A stretch of 64,000 nucleotides of DNA from Myxococcota bacterium (GTDB lineage: Bacteria; Myxococcota_A; Polyangia; Polyangiales; Houyiibacteriaceae). The notes beneath the pieces were generated by a model that worked only from the letters and a program-made list of their open reading frames with translations, had not been told where the DNA came from and did not search any database. Shown here piece after piece: positions 1 through 9,007 of this stretch. The stretch lies in contig JBCCEA010000012.1 of the NCBI GenBank assembly GCA_039030515.1, positions 1 to 64,000 on the forward strand, read 5' to 3'. A program made the translations under genes and the position numbers. Each line of letters opens with the position of its first letter. Position 1 is the first letter of the stretch.

Positions 1-129
1 AACGTCTCTACCGCTTCCGCTGTGATGGCGAAGCTCAACGACTGGTTTGAAACCTACAACGAGGAGCATCCACACAAGGGCCTCAAGATGTCATCTCCGC
101 GCGCCTTTCGGCGCGCGCGAGCTACCTAA
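1..129 (+). CDS. IS3-family transposase OrfB, C-terminal fragment (partial)
   Basis: Open frame from base 1 to TAA at 127-129, with YNEEHPH..L..SP motif. Confidence 0.8.
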   Translation, partial: NVSTASAVMAKLNDWFETYNEEHPHKGLKMSSPRAFRRARAT

Positions 130-135
130 ATAACC

Positions 136-161
136 TGTCCAGTTCTTCGGGGGCAACTCCA
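136..161. repeat. Right terminal inverted repeat (IRR) of the IS3-family element
   Basis: Lies just after the transposase stop, ends in CA, and resembles IS2-type ends. The partner IRL is outside the window. Confidence 0.7.
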
Positions 162-212
162 CTTGGGAAACCAACAGGTAGCGCGGCTCAAACAACCCGC
201 TAAGTTCTCGCG

Positions 213-1193
213 GTGACTTTCTGGTTGCATCGTTTAGGATCGATTCTGGTCGTTCTAGCTGCCCTCTTCGGTATTTCATATTGGATGCTTCGACCCAGAC
301 CAAACCTTCCCGAGCATGCCCTAGAAGCAGTGCCCGCAGACGCTGCGATCGTAGCTGAAGTCGAAATCGATAAAATCCTCAGTTCCCAATCTTGGAGCGA
401 AATTCTCCTTGCGTATCTGGACCACCCTATACTTCGAGAAGCTCACAGCGAGTGTAAAATTGATCCCCTCAGGCAGTTCACAAAAGCAACTATCTTCGCT
501 CGACCCGCAAAAAACAGACCCATAGAGTCTGCTGGGTTCTTCGCAAAAGGGGACCTGGACCTTCAACGACTTGGGGATTGCGCGGAAAAGATAGCTAGAA
601 AATCTAGCGTTGCTTTGAACAAAAAAGAGCTCGACGGACTCCCAAGTCTCTCCATTGCGGGAAGGAACCTTTACCTCGCGTCCATCGGGAGTCAGACCAT
701 CGTCGGTGGCTCGGAGCACACGATCCGAGAGATACTCTCGGTAGCGCAGAGTTCAGCTCAATCCTTGGCGTCGAACACATCGCTCGATCAGCAGTGGAAT
801 CGGATGGACCAGGGCGCTGCAGTCACGGTAGCCATTCGCCTCGGAAGCGAGTGGCGGCATAAAATCCACCAATACTTTGAATCGGATCGGTACAGGCAGG
901 TCCAAAGACTATTGTCAAACCTGGATTTTGCCTTGGTCTCACTTCGGCTCGAAAAAGAGATGATCGTTGGGATGATCCTATCCATGCAAACCCCCGACAT
1001 GGCGGGGAGCGCACAAGCCTGGCTGGAAACAGAAAAGCAGGTACTGCTCGATAAACCACTCGTTTCGCTCAGCAGCATGGGAGGGATTCTAAGGAAGATC
1101 CGATTGCATACTGAACGCAAGCAGGCCATCGTCAACGTGCAGCTTGAAAGAGCAGAAGTCGACGCGCTACTCCGTTTGTTCTTCAACCATTGA
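213..1193 (+). CDS. Hypothetical protein with N-terminal membrane anchor (exported alpha/beta protein)
   Basis: 326-aa ORF with hydrophobic N-terminus (ILVVLAALFGISYWML). No catalytic motif recognised. Confidence 0.7.
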   Translation: MTFWLHRLGSILVVLAALFGISYWMLRPRPNLPEHALEAVPADAAIVAEVEIDKILSSQSWSEILLAYLDHPILREAHSECKIDPLRQFTKATIFARPAKNRPIESAGFFAKGDLDLQRLGDCAEKIARKSSVALNKKELDGLPSLSIAGRNLYLASIGSQTIVGGSEHTIREILSVAQSSAQSLASNTSLDQQWNRMDQGAAVTVAIRLGSEWRHKIHQYFESDRYRQVQRLLSNLDFALVSLRLEKEMIVGMILSMQTPDMAGSAQAWLETEKQVLLDKPLVSLSSMGGILRKIRLHTERKQAIVNVQLERAEVDALLRLFFNH

Positions 1194-1246
1194 AACGAAA
1201 TGAGCGACCGCTCTAACAGCTCTTGTTCTATTGTGAAAGGCTTTCG

Positions 1247-1972
1247 ATGCCCTGGCGAAAAATGAAGCTTCGTGGTGCCAAAGTTTTTGCGCTCTGCGAG
1301 CAAAACGGAGAACTCAAAAACGATGGCGGACGGGTCGAGATTCGATTCAGGCGCGACGACGGTCGATCCTACGAGGCTTCGACGCGAAATCTTCAGCCAC
1401 TAGAGGAACACACCGTCTATCCTGACGAACACTGCACTTCCGCAAGCCGGGTAACAAAAGGAACGCAAAGAGGCTCGAACAAGAACGGGAACAAGGGCAA
1501 AATCCAAAAAACGTCGAAAACCCAAGGGCACTACCCAAGTTTCCCCGCGGATGGGCAGGCGCTTGCGTACGCCGACGGCGCATGTAGCGGAAATCCAGGT
1601 CCGTCCGGGCTCGGAGCGGTGCTACTCGTCGGAGATCAGCAGTGGGAACTTTCTGAGTATCTGGGGAAAGGCACCAACAACATAGCGGAACTCACCGCGA
1701 TCCTCCGAGTTGCCGAAGCTTCTGTAACTCACGGAATGCACCTCGACCTCTACACCGATTCCTCATACGCGATAGGTGTGCTGTCAAAGGGATGGAAAGC
1801 CAAAGCAAATCAGAGTCTGGTAGCCGAGACGCGTAGTGCCATTCAAGCACTCAAGTCGGTTAAGCTGCATCACGTGCGTGGACATGCAGGCGTTTTACTC
1901 AATGAGCGCGCTGACGAACTGGCGCGCTCTGCGGTTGAGACATGCTCCACCACGCCTTGGCTTTGTTCGTGA
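1247..1972 (+). CDS. rnhA: Ribonuclease HI with an extra N-terminal domain
   Basis: YADGACSGNPG, TNNIAEL, YTDSSYA, HVRGHAG and NERADELA motifs. ATG at 1247 preferred over TTG at 1223. Confidence 0.92.
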   Translation: MPWRKMKLRGAKVFALCEQNGELKNDGGRVEIRFRRDDGRSYEASTRNLQPLEEHTVYPDEHCTSASRVTKGTQRGSNKNGNKGKIQKTSKTQGHYPSFPADGQALAYADGACSGNPGPSGLGAVLLVGDQQWELSEYLGKGTNNIAELTAILRVAEASVTHGMHLDLYTDSSYAIGVLSKGWKAKANQSLVAETRSAIQALKSVKLHHVRGHAGVLLNERADELARSAVETCSTTPWLCS

Positions 1973-1974
1973 CT

Positions 1975-2748
1975 TCAACTGGTGCGCTCCGAAATAGATC
2001 GAGACTCGAAGGGAATCGGATAACGTCGAGGGGCGGAGCTTCGATACCTTTCCGTGTTCAACGAAGCATATTCGGCGATTCTCTCCCAGAGACCATCTAG
2101 AAACACATCGGCCTCCGCACTACCAATACTTCCGATGGTGAGGCGCCCGCGCGGACGAAGCCAGAGCTCGACCGACACCTGGTTTCGCAATCGCGGTAAG
2201 AGTAGGTACATACCGAAATCAAGCCCTACGCCCACAATAACGAACACCGCTGCAACAATTATCAAAAAGGCCTCTCCTGTCCATACTCCGTCAAATAGAC
2301 AGTTCATCCCAAATACGATGCCGAAAGCGGAAGCAAAAGACCCTAGGTAGAACGGCCAAAGCCAGCGGTGCTCTTTTCGAGCTATCGAGAAGATCGAGGC
2401 CAGCGCATAGACGACGCGTCTGGATCGAACCAGCTGACCGAGCACTTCCCATCGCTCATCAACCTGTACACCTCCTCGAACTACGGTAACGGTTGCCCGC
2501 CGGCGTAAACCCGCAAACCAGAGGAGCGCGTGGAGAAGCCAAAGAACACCAGCAATGCCCGTGATCCAGCGAAGTGAGGTACCCAAAGACGGCGTGGGTA
2601 CGATGCGAAGTCCACCGCTAAGCGTCAGCGGCTGATCGCTACCATCACCGGGGCTCTGGTGGGTAAAACCGACATCCCGTTTCTTTCCAGGCTCGTCTTG
2701 TGCGCCTGAGGACAATCCTTCGCCAGGCTCGGAGGGACCGTGCTTCAT
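1975..2748 (-). CDS. Hypothetical membrane protein (about 3 TM segments)
   Basis: 257-aa ORF with three hydrophobic stretches, co-oriented with the AI-2E gene. Confidence 0.65.
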   Translation of the reverse strand: MKHGPSEPGEGLSSGAQDEPGKKRDVGFTHQSPGDGSDQPLTLSGGLRIVPTPSLGTSLRWITGIAGVLWLLHALLWFAGLRRRATVTVVRGGVQVDERWEVLGQLVRSRRVVYALASIFSIARKEHRWLWPFYLGSFASAFGIVFGMNCLFDGVWTGEAFLIIVAAVFVIVGVGLDFGMYLLLPRLRNQVSVELWLRPRGRLTIGSIGSAEADVFLDGLWERIAEYASLNTERYRSSAPRRYPIPFESRSISERTS

Positions 2749-2827
2749 AGTCCTCTCGAAAAGAACGCACTGCAGATGCGGTCGACGACCATCCTACGCA
2801 TGGCTAGGTAGGCTCTTCCTTCTTCGA

Positions 2828-3961
2828 TCACGGCGCCCCTTCCTCCACCGGAAGCACATCCACATCCTTCGTCACGGAGCTCGTTTCTAGATAAAAAGAG
2901 GATCGCCGATAGGCGACCACCCCGTGACGAAGAAAAACCTTCAGCACAGCAGCAGTCGGTATCCCCAACAGAACACCTAGGAAGCCAAAAAGCTCCCCTC
3001 CAGCCATAAGAGAGAGCAATACCCAAATAGACGCCAAACCGAGTCTATTGCCCACCACCTTCGGAGTAATCCAAAACCCTTCCAGCAACTGAATGAGCAC
3101 ATGAGCAACGCAAACCGAAGCCAACTGATGCCAGCCCTTCCATTCGAGTACACACATCAGCACAGCCAAACCAATTCCGGCCGCTCCGCCGACATAGGGG
3201 ATAAACGAGAGCAACCCGGCCACGGTGCCAATAAGTAATGCGAGACGAACATCCAGTAGCGCGTAGGTGAGCGAGTAGGCTATCGCGAGAAAGATCACTA
3301 CGGTCATTTGCCCGCGAATATAGTTACTCATGACCTCGTCCACCTCCCGGACCATCGCGCGCACCCCGCGCCTAGAAGAGTGAGGCAACAGCTCGAAGGC
3401 GGATGCGGTCATGCGGTCAAAGTCGTAAAGTATGTAGAAGGCCAGAATCGGAATCAGGAGTAAACTCATCAGAATGGAGAGCACCGACACTGCACCTCCA
3501 GCGAGCCACTGCAGCAAAGAACTCAGAGAGCCTAAATCGTCGACCGCGATATCGCGAGCGTCTATCAGATCGCGAACCTCCGCGAACGAGTGCGGAAGCT
3601 GCAAGCCGAACTGGTTCAGCAAGGGATCGATCCGCAAGGCGATGAGATCGAGCTCCTCTGGGAGGTCGGCAGTAAACTCCTTCAGCTCATGAAGCATCGA
3701 CGGAACCGCGAGTACAAGAAAACCGCCGAACAGAAGCAAAGTCACGGAGAGCACAGCGGCGATACCCAAGCCTCGGGGGATACTCTTGGACTCAAACCAA
3801 TCGACGACTGGGTCAAGGGCATAGGCAATGAGAAAAGCGAAAAAAACCGGAATAAACACCGCACGTAAGGCCCAAACGAGTAAGAGCATCAGCCCGAGAG
3901 CGGCAGACGCAAGGAGCCAAGTCGCAACCCGGTGGTATTGATCTTGCTGCATCAGATTCAC
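2828..3961 (-). CDS. AI-2E (PerM/UPF0118) family transporter
   Basis: AYALDPVV, YIRGQ, FIPYVG, EGFWITPKVVG and FGFLGVLLGIP motifs; polytopic hydrophobicity. Confidence 0.92.
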   Translation of the reverse strand: MNLMQQDQYHRVATWLLASAALGLMLLLVWALRAVFIPVFFAFLIAYALDPVVDWFESKSIPRGLGIAAVLSVTLLLFGGFLVLAVPSMLHELKEFTADLPEELDLIALRIDPLLNQFGLQLPHSFAEVRDLIDARDIAVDDLGSLSSLLQWLAGGAVSVLSILMSLLLIPILAFYILYDFDRMTASAFELLPHSSRRGVRAMVREVDEVMSNYIRGQMTVVIFLAIAYSLTYALLDVRLALLIGTVAGLLSFIPYVGGAAGIGLAVLMCVLEWKGWHQLASVCVAHVLIQLLEGFWITPKVVGNRLGLASIWVLLSLMAGGELFGFLGVLLGIPTAAVLKVFLRHGVVAYRRSSFYLETSSVTKDVDVLPVEEGAP

Positions 3962-4045
3962 TTTGATTCGATGGGGTATCTCACAGACCCCATCTTTTGT
4001 TAATAAGTAGGCCCGACGCCTCGGTCACTCGATATCATCTCGAAC

Positions 4046-5596
4046 ATGAAGCGTCTCGACTACTACGTTCAACATCTCGTGAGGCACAACGCCACGGCCA
4101 TCGAACTGATCTCGGAGCAGCCCGTACTGTTCCGGACAGCCGATGCAGAGCGACGGTCAAACGCACCCATCGACCACGCACAGGTGCTTCAGCTGGTCAA
4201 AGAGGCCACTCCGCAGGACGTGCTCCAGCAACTTCGCAAGGGGAAGGCAAGCTTCAAGTATCAGAGCGATGGAGGTGCCGAAGTACTTGTTACCATTGAG
4301 GTATTGCAAAAATCGAAATGGAAGGTTGTCATCGGTCGAAACGCGGCAGCAGTCCCCAACATCGAAAGTTTCTCTCGAGAGAATCCAAATCTAGCCGCGG
4401 AGGACCGACCCATAGGAAGCGAGGAGGTCGCCGCGAAGAAGCGTGCGGCCAGCGTCCCTCCACCACCTGCTCCGGCAGCACCTCAAATCAGGACCTCCTC
4501 TGGAGAGCCGGGAATCAACCGCTACTTGAGAATGCTCGTAGCTGCGAGCGGAAGCGATTTGCACCTTTCCTCCAACGTGACGCCCCTGGTTCGTGCCTCA
4601 GGTGAAATACAAGAGCTCGAAGCTCGAGAGCCCTTTAGCCCGCAGGAGCTTTTCGATTTGCTCATGGAAATCGCACCAGAACGGAACCGCGAGGAGTTTG
4701 AGGAAACAAACGATACCGATTTCGCGCACACCATCGAGGGACTCTCCCGGTTCCGAGCAAACTACTTCCGAGACCGGCACGGAATAGGTGCTGTATTTCG
4801 TACGATTCCTTTCGAAATCCTACCGGTAGAAAAACTGGGATTGCCCGAAAGAGTTCTTGACCTCTGCTGGCTTACCAAAGGGTTGGTTCTGGTGACGGGA
4901 CCCACCGGGAGCGGTAAGTCGACGACGCTGGCCACCCTTATCGACTACATCAACAGCAATCGCTCCGACCACATCATCACGATCGAAGATCCAATAGAGT
5001 TCGTCCACCCAAACAAAAAGTGCCTGGTCAATCAACGTGAAGTCGGTGTGCACACGCGCACATTCAAAGCAGCTTTGCGAGCCGCGCTCCGCGAAGACCC
5101 CGACATCGTTCTCGTAGGAGAGATGCGCGATCTGGAGACCATCTCCATCGCGGTGGAGACCGCTGAAACCGGCCACCTGGTTTTCGGAACACTTCACACG
5201 ACGAGCGCAATCAGCACGATCGACCGCATCATCGACCAGTTCCCACCAGAGCAGCAAGAACAGATCCGCGTCATGCTTTCCGAGTCGATCCGTGGGGTCA
5301 TAGCGCAAGTCTTATGCAAGAAAATCGGGGGCGGCCGAGTAGCCGCCTATGAGATACTCCGTTCCACTCCGGCAGCGTCCAATTTGATCCGCGAGGGCAA
5401 AACTTTTCAGCTCGCTAGCGTCATGCAAACGGGGCGAGCTCTGGGCATGCAGACGATGAACGATCATCTAGTGCAGCACGTCCAAGGCGAACTGGTGACG
5501 CCCGAGGAAGCCTATATGAAGTCCAACAACAAACTCACCTTGAAAGAGACCTTCAAGCGCAACTCGATTCCTTTATCCTCAAAAATGGGAGGTTAG
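4046..5596 (+). CDS. pilT: Type IV pilus retraction ATPase PilT/PilU family, N-terminally extended
   Basis: SDLHL, Walker A GPTGSGKSTT, TIEDPIE, LREDPD, GEMRD, TGHLVFGTLHT and ASNLIRE (AIRNLIRE-like) motifs. Confidence 0.9.
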   Translation: MKRLDYYVQHLVRHNATAIELISEQPVLFRTADAERRSNAPIDHAQVLQLVKEATPQDVLQQLRKGKASFKYQSDGGAEVLVTIEVLQKSKWKVVIGRNAAAVPNIESFSRENPNLAAEDRPIGSEEVAAKKRAASVPPPPAPAAPQIRTSSGEPGINRYLRMLVAASGSDLHLSSNVTPLVRASGEIQELEAREPFSPQELFDLLMEIAPERNREEFEETNDTDFAHTIEGLSRFRANYFRDRHGIGAVFRTIPFEILPVEKLGLPERVLDLCWLTKGLVLVTGPTGSGKSTTLATLIDYINSNRSDHIITIEDPIEFVHPNKKCLVNQREVGVHTRTFKAALRAALREDPDIVLVGEMRDLETISIAVETAETGHLVFGTLHTTSAISTIDRIIDQFPPEQQEQIRVMLSESIRGVIAQVLCKKIGGGRVAAYEILRSTPAASNLIREGKTFQLASVMQTGRALGMQTMNDHLVQHVQGELVTPEEAYMKSNNKLTLKETFKRNSIPLSSKMGG

Positions 5597-5781
5597 TACG
5601 ACTGCAGAGACTAGATACTACCTTATTCCTTTCATCTCACATATCCCTGCACTTCATCTGGATCATGAAGGAAGAGTAAGATTGAAGGTCCGGTTCCATA
5701 GGCGCACATTCTGATGCAAGGTCCTACTAAAATCGCTGAGAGTCATGGGAACTAAGGCCTAGAGCGACTATAGTATCCTTA

Positions 5782-6573
5782 GTGGGTAATCCTCTAGTTC
5801 GGCAAAGCATACAAGGCTCAAGGGCCAATGAGTCTGAACGGCTCATTCACCGAGCTATTCAGGAAGCACTCGATGCGGTGGTATCGGAGTTCGTGAGAGA
5901 TGAGCTATTAAGGGCCGCTCTAGCGAATGCTGGACTCTCCTCTTTGCCGCACGTGGGAAGACGGCTCTACGTCTTTGTGGAGAAATACCTCTATTCGGTT
6001 GTGGTTGAACGTCTCGGGGAAGACGTGTCCGGCGAGGTGCTCTCTATGTTGCTCCCTATGTTGCAGATGGCTGGTGGAGACGAGGAGGAGATAAGTGACG
6101 TTATATCCAGACCTTCTCTGCAGCACGAGGCACCGATAGGCGGCACGACGAGCGAGTTCAGCAACACTCTTACGGAGCGCAGTACCGTAAGAACACAACA
6201 AGCGCCAATTCCAGCGGTGCTCCTCGGGACTCAAGACGACGCACGCGCCCGGGATCTTCAGTTTCTTCTCGACACCACCACTCCGATCATTCGCGTCAGC
6301 GACGCTGTCGACCTGCTTGAACGTGCTCAGAGGATCGGCCCTCAGCCTTTGATCGTTCTGGACTGTTTGTTTCCAGCTGTTCAGCCGAGTACGGTGGCAG
6401 CGCTTGCGCCGGAGTTACCGCTTGGTGCCGTGGTCGTGCTCTGGGGTATGGACGAACGTACGGAAAAGCAACTTGCAGACCTCGCGAGGGACGTTGAGAA
6501 TTGGGTGCGCTGCGCCCCCGAAACTACGGCGGAAGATGTTTCGATTCTACTAACGACACTGTACGGAACCTGA
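5782..6573 (+). CDS. Hypothetical protein, C-terminal part possibly a degenerate receiver-like alpha/beta domain
   Basis: 263-aa ORF; VLLGTQDD...LIVLD...VVLWG spacing is loosely REC-like. Confidence 0.55.
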   Translation: MGNPLVRQSIQGSRANESERLIHRAIQEALDAVVSEFVRDELLRAALANAGLSSLPHVGRRLYVFVEKYLYSVVVERLGEDVSGEVLSMLLPMLQMAGGDEEEISDVISRPSLQHEAPIGGTTSEFSNTLTERSTVRTQQAPIPAVLLGTQDDARARDLQFLLDTTTPIIRVSDAVDLLERAQRIGPQPLIVLDCLFPAVQPSTVAALAPELPLGAVVVLWGMDERTEKQLADLARDVENWVRCAPETTAEDVSILLTTLYGT

Positions 6574-6634
6574 TCCGAGACCGGCAGGGCCCGCACCCAG
6601 TCGTCGCGTCAAGGCACCAGCGCGGTTGCACCTA

Positions 6635-7537
6635 TCATCGCTCCTCGCCGCCCACTAAGATGGTCGTAAGACTCCGATCGGTAAGGGTCGAGTCTGCTAC
6701 GAACGTCCCCTTTTCCAGCTCCTTACGCATCCACGGCCACTGGGGTTTGCGATCGATGCAACCCAACATTTTCTGTCGAGTCGTGCACGCGATGCGTACA
6801 TGGAAGTGATCCGCGTGAGGGTTTCCACGAAGTGGTTGATGAAGTACCCACGCTGCACGAAACAACGCCTCTGGATCAGACTCATGAGCTGCTCCGTATG
6901 CCAATAGACGCGCCTTGATCCCCTGAGACACAAAGATCCACTGCACGTGCGCTTCAGGGTCCAAGACCATGGTTCTCACGAGATGCCAGTTCCGCGCGTC
7001 GTCGAAAAAAAAGATCGCACCGTCATGCGCATCCATTGAGGGCTCTCGAGCTACGCCGAAGCGATCAAAAGCCAACCAGCCTCGACCCCTCGTGGTTCTT
7101 CCCATGGCGTCCGTAACATAGAAGATGAGATCGACGTCGCGACCCACTCGATGACTACCGTGACGGGGATGACGCCCACCACTTGGACCGCTAAGGTCTC
7201 CTACCCGCAGCAGCGCAGAGCCGGGATAGGCGCGGGCCACCGCCGCTGCCGCTCGTCCAACCAGTCCCACCAATTCATCCGTGCCGAATCGGGTGGACTC
7301 CCCCGGCCTTGCGCGAACGAAGCCGGGACCCCGGTCGGGTAACTTAGTGCCACCAAAAAGGAGTCCGTAAGACGTATACCCTACCGAGGCATTTTCGGAT
7401 GCGGGGGATCCCCAGGCCCAGCAACCAAAACCAAAAAATATGAATCCAACGAGCATGAACGAAGAGATAAAACCCGTCGGTGAGGGCCTGGCAGATCCGG
7501 GTCGTGAACGTTTCCTCGGGTGGATTTGAATGGGCAC
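6635..7537 (-). CDS. Penicillin-insensitive murein endopeptidase (MepA / M74 family)
   Basis: VGDLS..SGG, HGSHRVGRDVD and HADHFHVR zinc-ligand motifs; N-terminal hydrophobic segment. Confidence 0.88.
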   Translation of the reverse strand: MPIQIHPRKRSRPGSARPSPTGFISSFMLVGFIFFGFGCWAWGSPASENASVGYTSYGLLFGGTKLPDRGPGFVRARPGESTRFGTDELVGLVGRAAAAVARAYPGSALLRVGDLSGPSGGRHPRHGSHRVGRDVDLIFYVTDAMGRTTRGRGWLAFDRFGVAREPSMDAHDGAIFFFDDARNWHLVRTMVLDPEAHVQWIFVSQGIKARLLAYGAAHESDPEALFRAAWVLHQPLRGNPHADHFHVRIACTTRQKMLGCIDRKPQWPWMRKELEKGTFVADSTLTDRSLTTILVGGEER

Positions 7538-7923
7538 CGTGGGGAATCCTATCGGGATCGATTTCTAAAGAGCAACATGAAGCACATGGCCACAAAAACG
7601 ACCGCAACCATCGACGTCCATACAGCGAGCTGGCGGTTCAGGGGCATCCCTCGAAGGTCGCGCGGGAAGTCATCCGCCCTAGGGAAACACCGGGAGAACT
7701 GTGCAGCAAAGAGGAGAAAGGTACCCATGCCGCAGCTGGCAACGAGGCTCGAAGACGTACACCGCACTGCGGCTTCCTCTACCACCTCGATCGTCCGAGG
7801 ATGCCATGGTGAGGTAGCACCCCCAGCGCCACTCAGATTTTCAGATGTCGTACGTTCCCAGCTTGACGGCAGATTAGGTCGAATTATCCTCCGTATTCCT
7901 GATACATACGGCTTATTTCGATC

Positions 7924-8949
7924 ATGCAAATGAATGAGAAACCTCCGATGGATCAGCTCACCGCCCACCTCGATCGTGGTTGGGAGCTGGTGTCGCGAGG
8001 AGACTTTCACGGAGCACGACTGAGCGCACAAAAGGGCCTCGAAATGGAGGCTCAATCTCCTGAGGCGTTCCACCTACTCGCATACGTTCATGCCTCGGAA
8101 GGCAACGTTCACGAGGCGCTGGAAAACTACGTCAACGCCATCGCTTGCGACGAAACCTTCATCGAGGCGATGTTGAACGCCGCAGAACTTTTTATCCACC
8201 CGGTCGGAAACCTAGAGGCGGCAACGCGGCTCATCGAAGAGGCTTTTGAATATTGCGAGACACCTGATGAGCTCGCAGACGCCATTTTGCTCCGGGTAGA
8301 TGTCTTGTTGGCCCAGGGCAAAACAAACGAGGCGAAAGCATATCTGGATAAGCTGCCAAGCGGACCGTTTGAGTCCGACAGCGTCGGGTTCCGGATGGGT
8401 CGCGCGAGGCTGCATCTAGGTGAGGTTTCGAAAGCTCGAGTACTCCTGCGAAAGGCCGTCGAACTGTTCCCACACGATCCAGAGGTTCAGTTTTGTTGGG
8501 CTATCTGTTTGGATCGGAGTGGTGATCCGAGGTCCGGTACCGTCGCATTCCTCAGGACGCGGGAGCTTGAAGCGGCAGCCCCACCCTTTGCGTGGTCGAT
8601 CCCTGGCGACCGATTTGAGCTATTGGTTCAAGAGAGCACCGCAAAACTCTCTGAGGCGAGCTCAAAACTCATCCACAACGCCCTCATCATTGTTTGCGAG
8701 CTTCCTGGAGCGGAGGTCGTGGCAGACGGGATCGACCCTCGAGCTCCAGTCTGGCTGGATGCACCACCTGGGCAAACAAGAATCGAACGGGTCTTCGTGT
8801 ACCAGCGCAATGTAGAGAGAAATGTGACGAGCGCATCGGATATCCCCGAGCAGATTTTGGCGTCGATCGAGCACGAGATTCAAATATTCCAAGACGCGAT
8901 CAGGTTGTCCAAGCACGGGAGAGCCAAAGAAATTGCTTCTTCTGAGTAA
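7924..8949 (+). CDS. TPR protein with a C-terminal minimal-zincin-like domain, probably inactive
   Basis: N-terminal TPRs; C-terminal FELLV...LIIVCELP...DP...VFVYQRNVE...HEIQI resembles DUF1025/Zincin_1 but lacks the second His of HExxH. Confidence 0.75.
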   Translation: MQMNEKPPMDQLTAHLDRGWELVSRGDFHGARLSAQKGLEMEAQSPEAFHLLAYVHASEGNVHEALENYVNAIACDETFIEAMLNAAELFIHPVGNLEAATRLIEEAFEYCETPDELADAILLRVDVLLAQGKTNEAKAYLDKLPSGPFESDSVGFRMGRARLHLGEVSKARVLLRKAVELFPHDPEVQFCWAICLDRSGDPRSGTVAFLRTRELEAAAPPFAWSIPGDRFELLVQESTAKLSEASSKLIHNALIIVCELPGAEVVADGIDPRAPVWLDAPPGQTRIERVFVYQRNVERNVTSASDIPEQILASIEHEIQIFQDAIRLSKHGRAKEIASSE

Positions 8950-9007
8950 TTTCTGCTTCCGCGAAACTCCACCTTAGGTTTCGATCGCCCGATCCTGACA
9001 GGCGCCT

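Larger units (their letters stand above)
1..161 (+). mobile_element. 3' end of an IS3-family (IS2-group-like) insertion sequence, truncated by the window start
   Basis: Frame +1 gives ...KLNDWFETYNEEHPHKGLKMSSPRAFRR*, the W..YN..HPH..L...SP C-terminal signature of IS3 OrfB. It is followed by TGTCCAGTTCTTCGGGGGCAACTCCA, whose reverse complement TGGAGTTGCCCCCGAAGAACTGGACA has the IS2-group terminal IR form (5'-TG...CA-3'). Confidence 0.85.

Noticed and set aside
5597..5781. Intrinsic terminator or sRNA after pilT
   Set aside because: Only a weak AT-rich hairpin (CTTCAT-N7-ATGAAG) with no U-tract.
7549..8073. 174-aa minus-strand ORF and overlapping short ORFs
   Set aside because: It overlaps the TPR gene start and has no motif. 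Only a 32-aa hydrophobic tail (MPLNRQ...) could be a small protein, which is unsupported.
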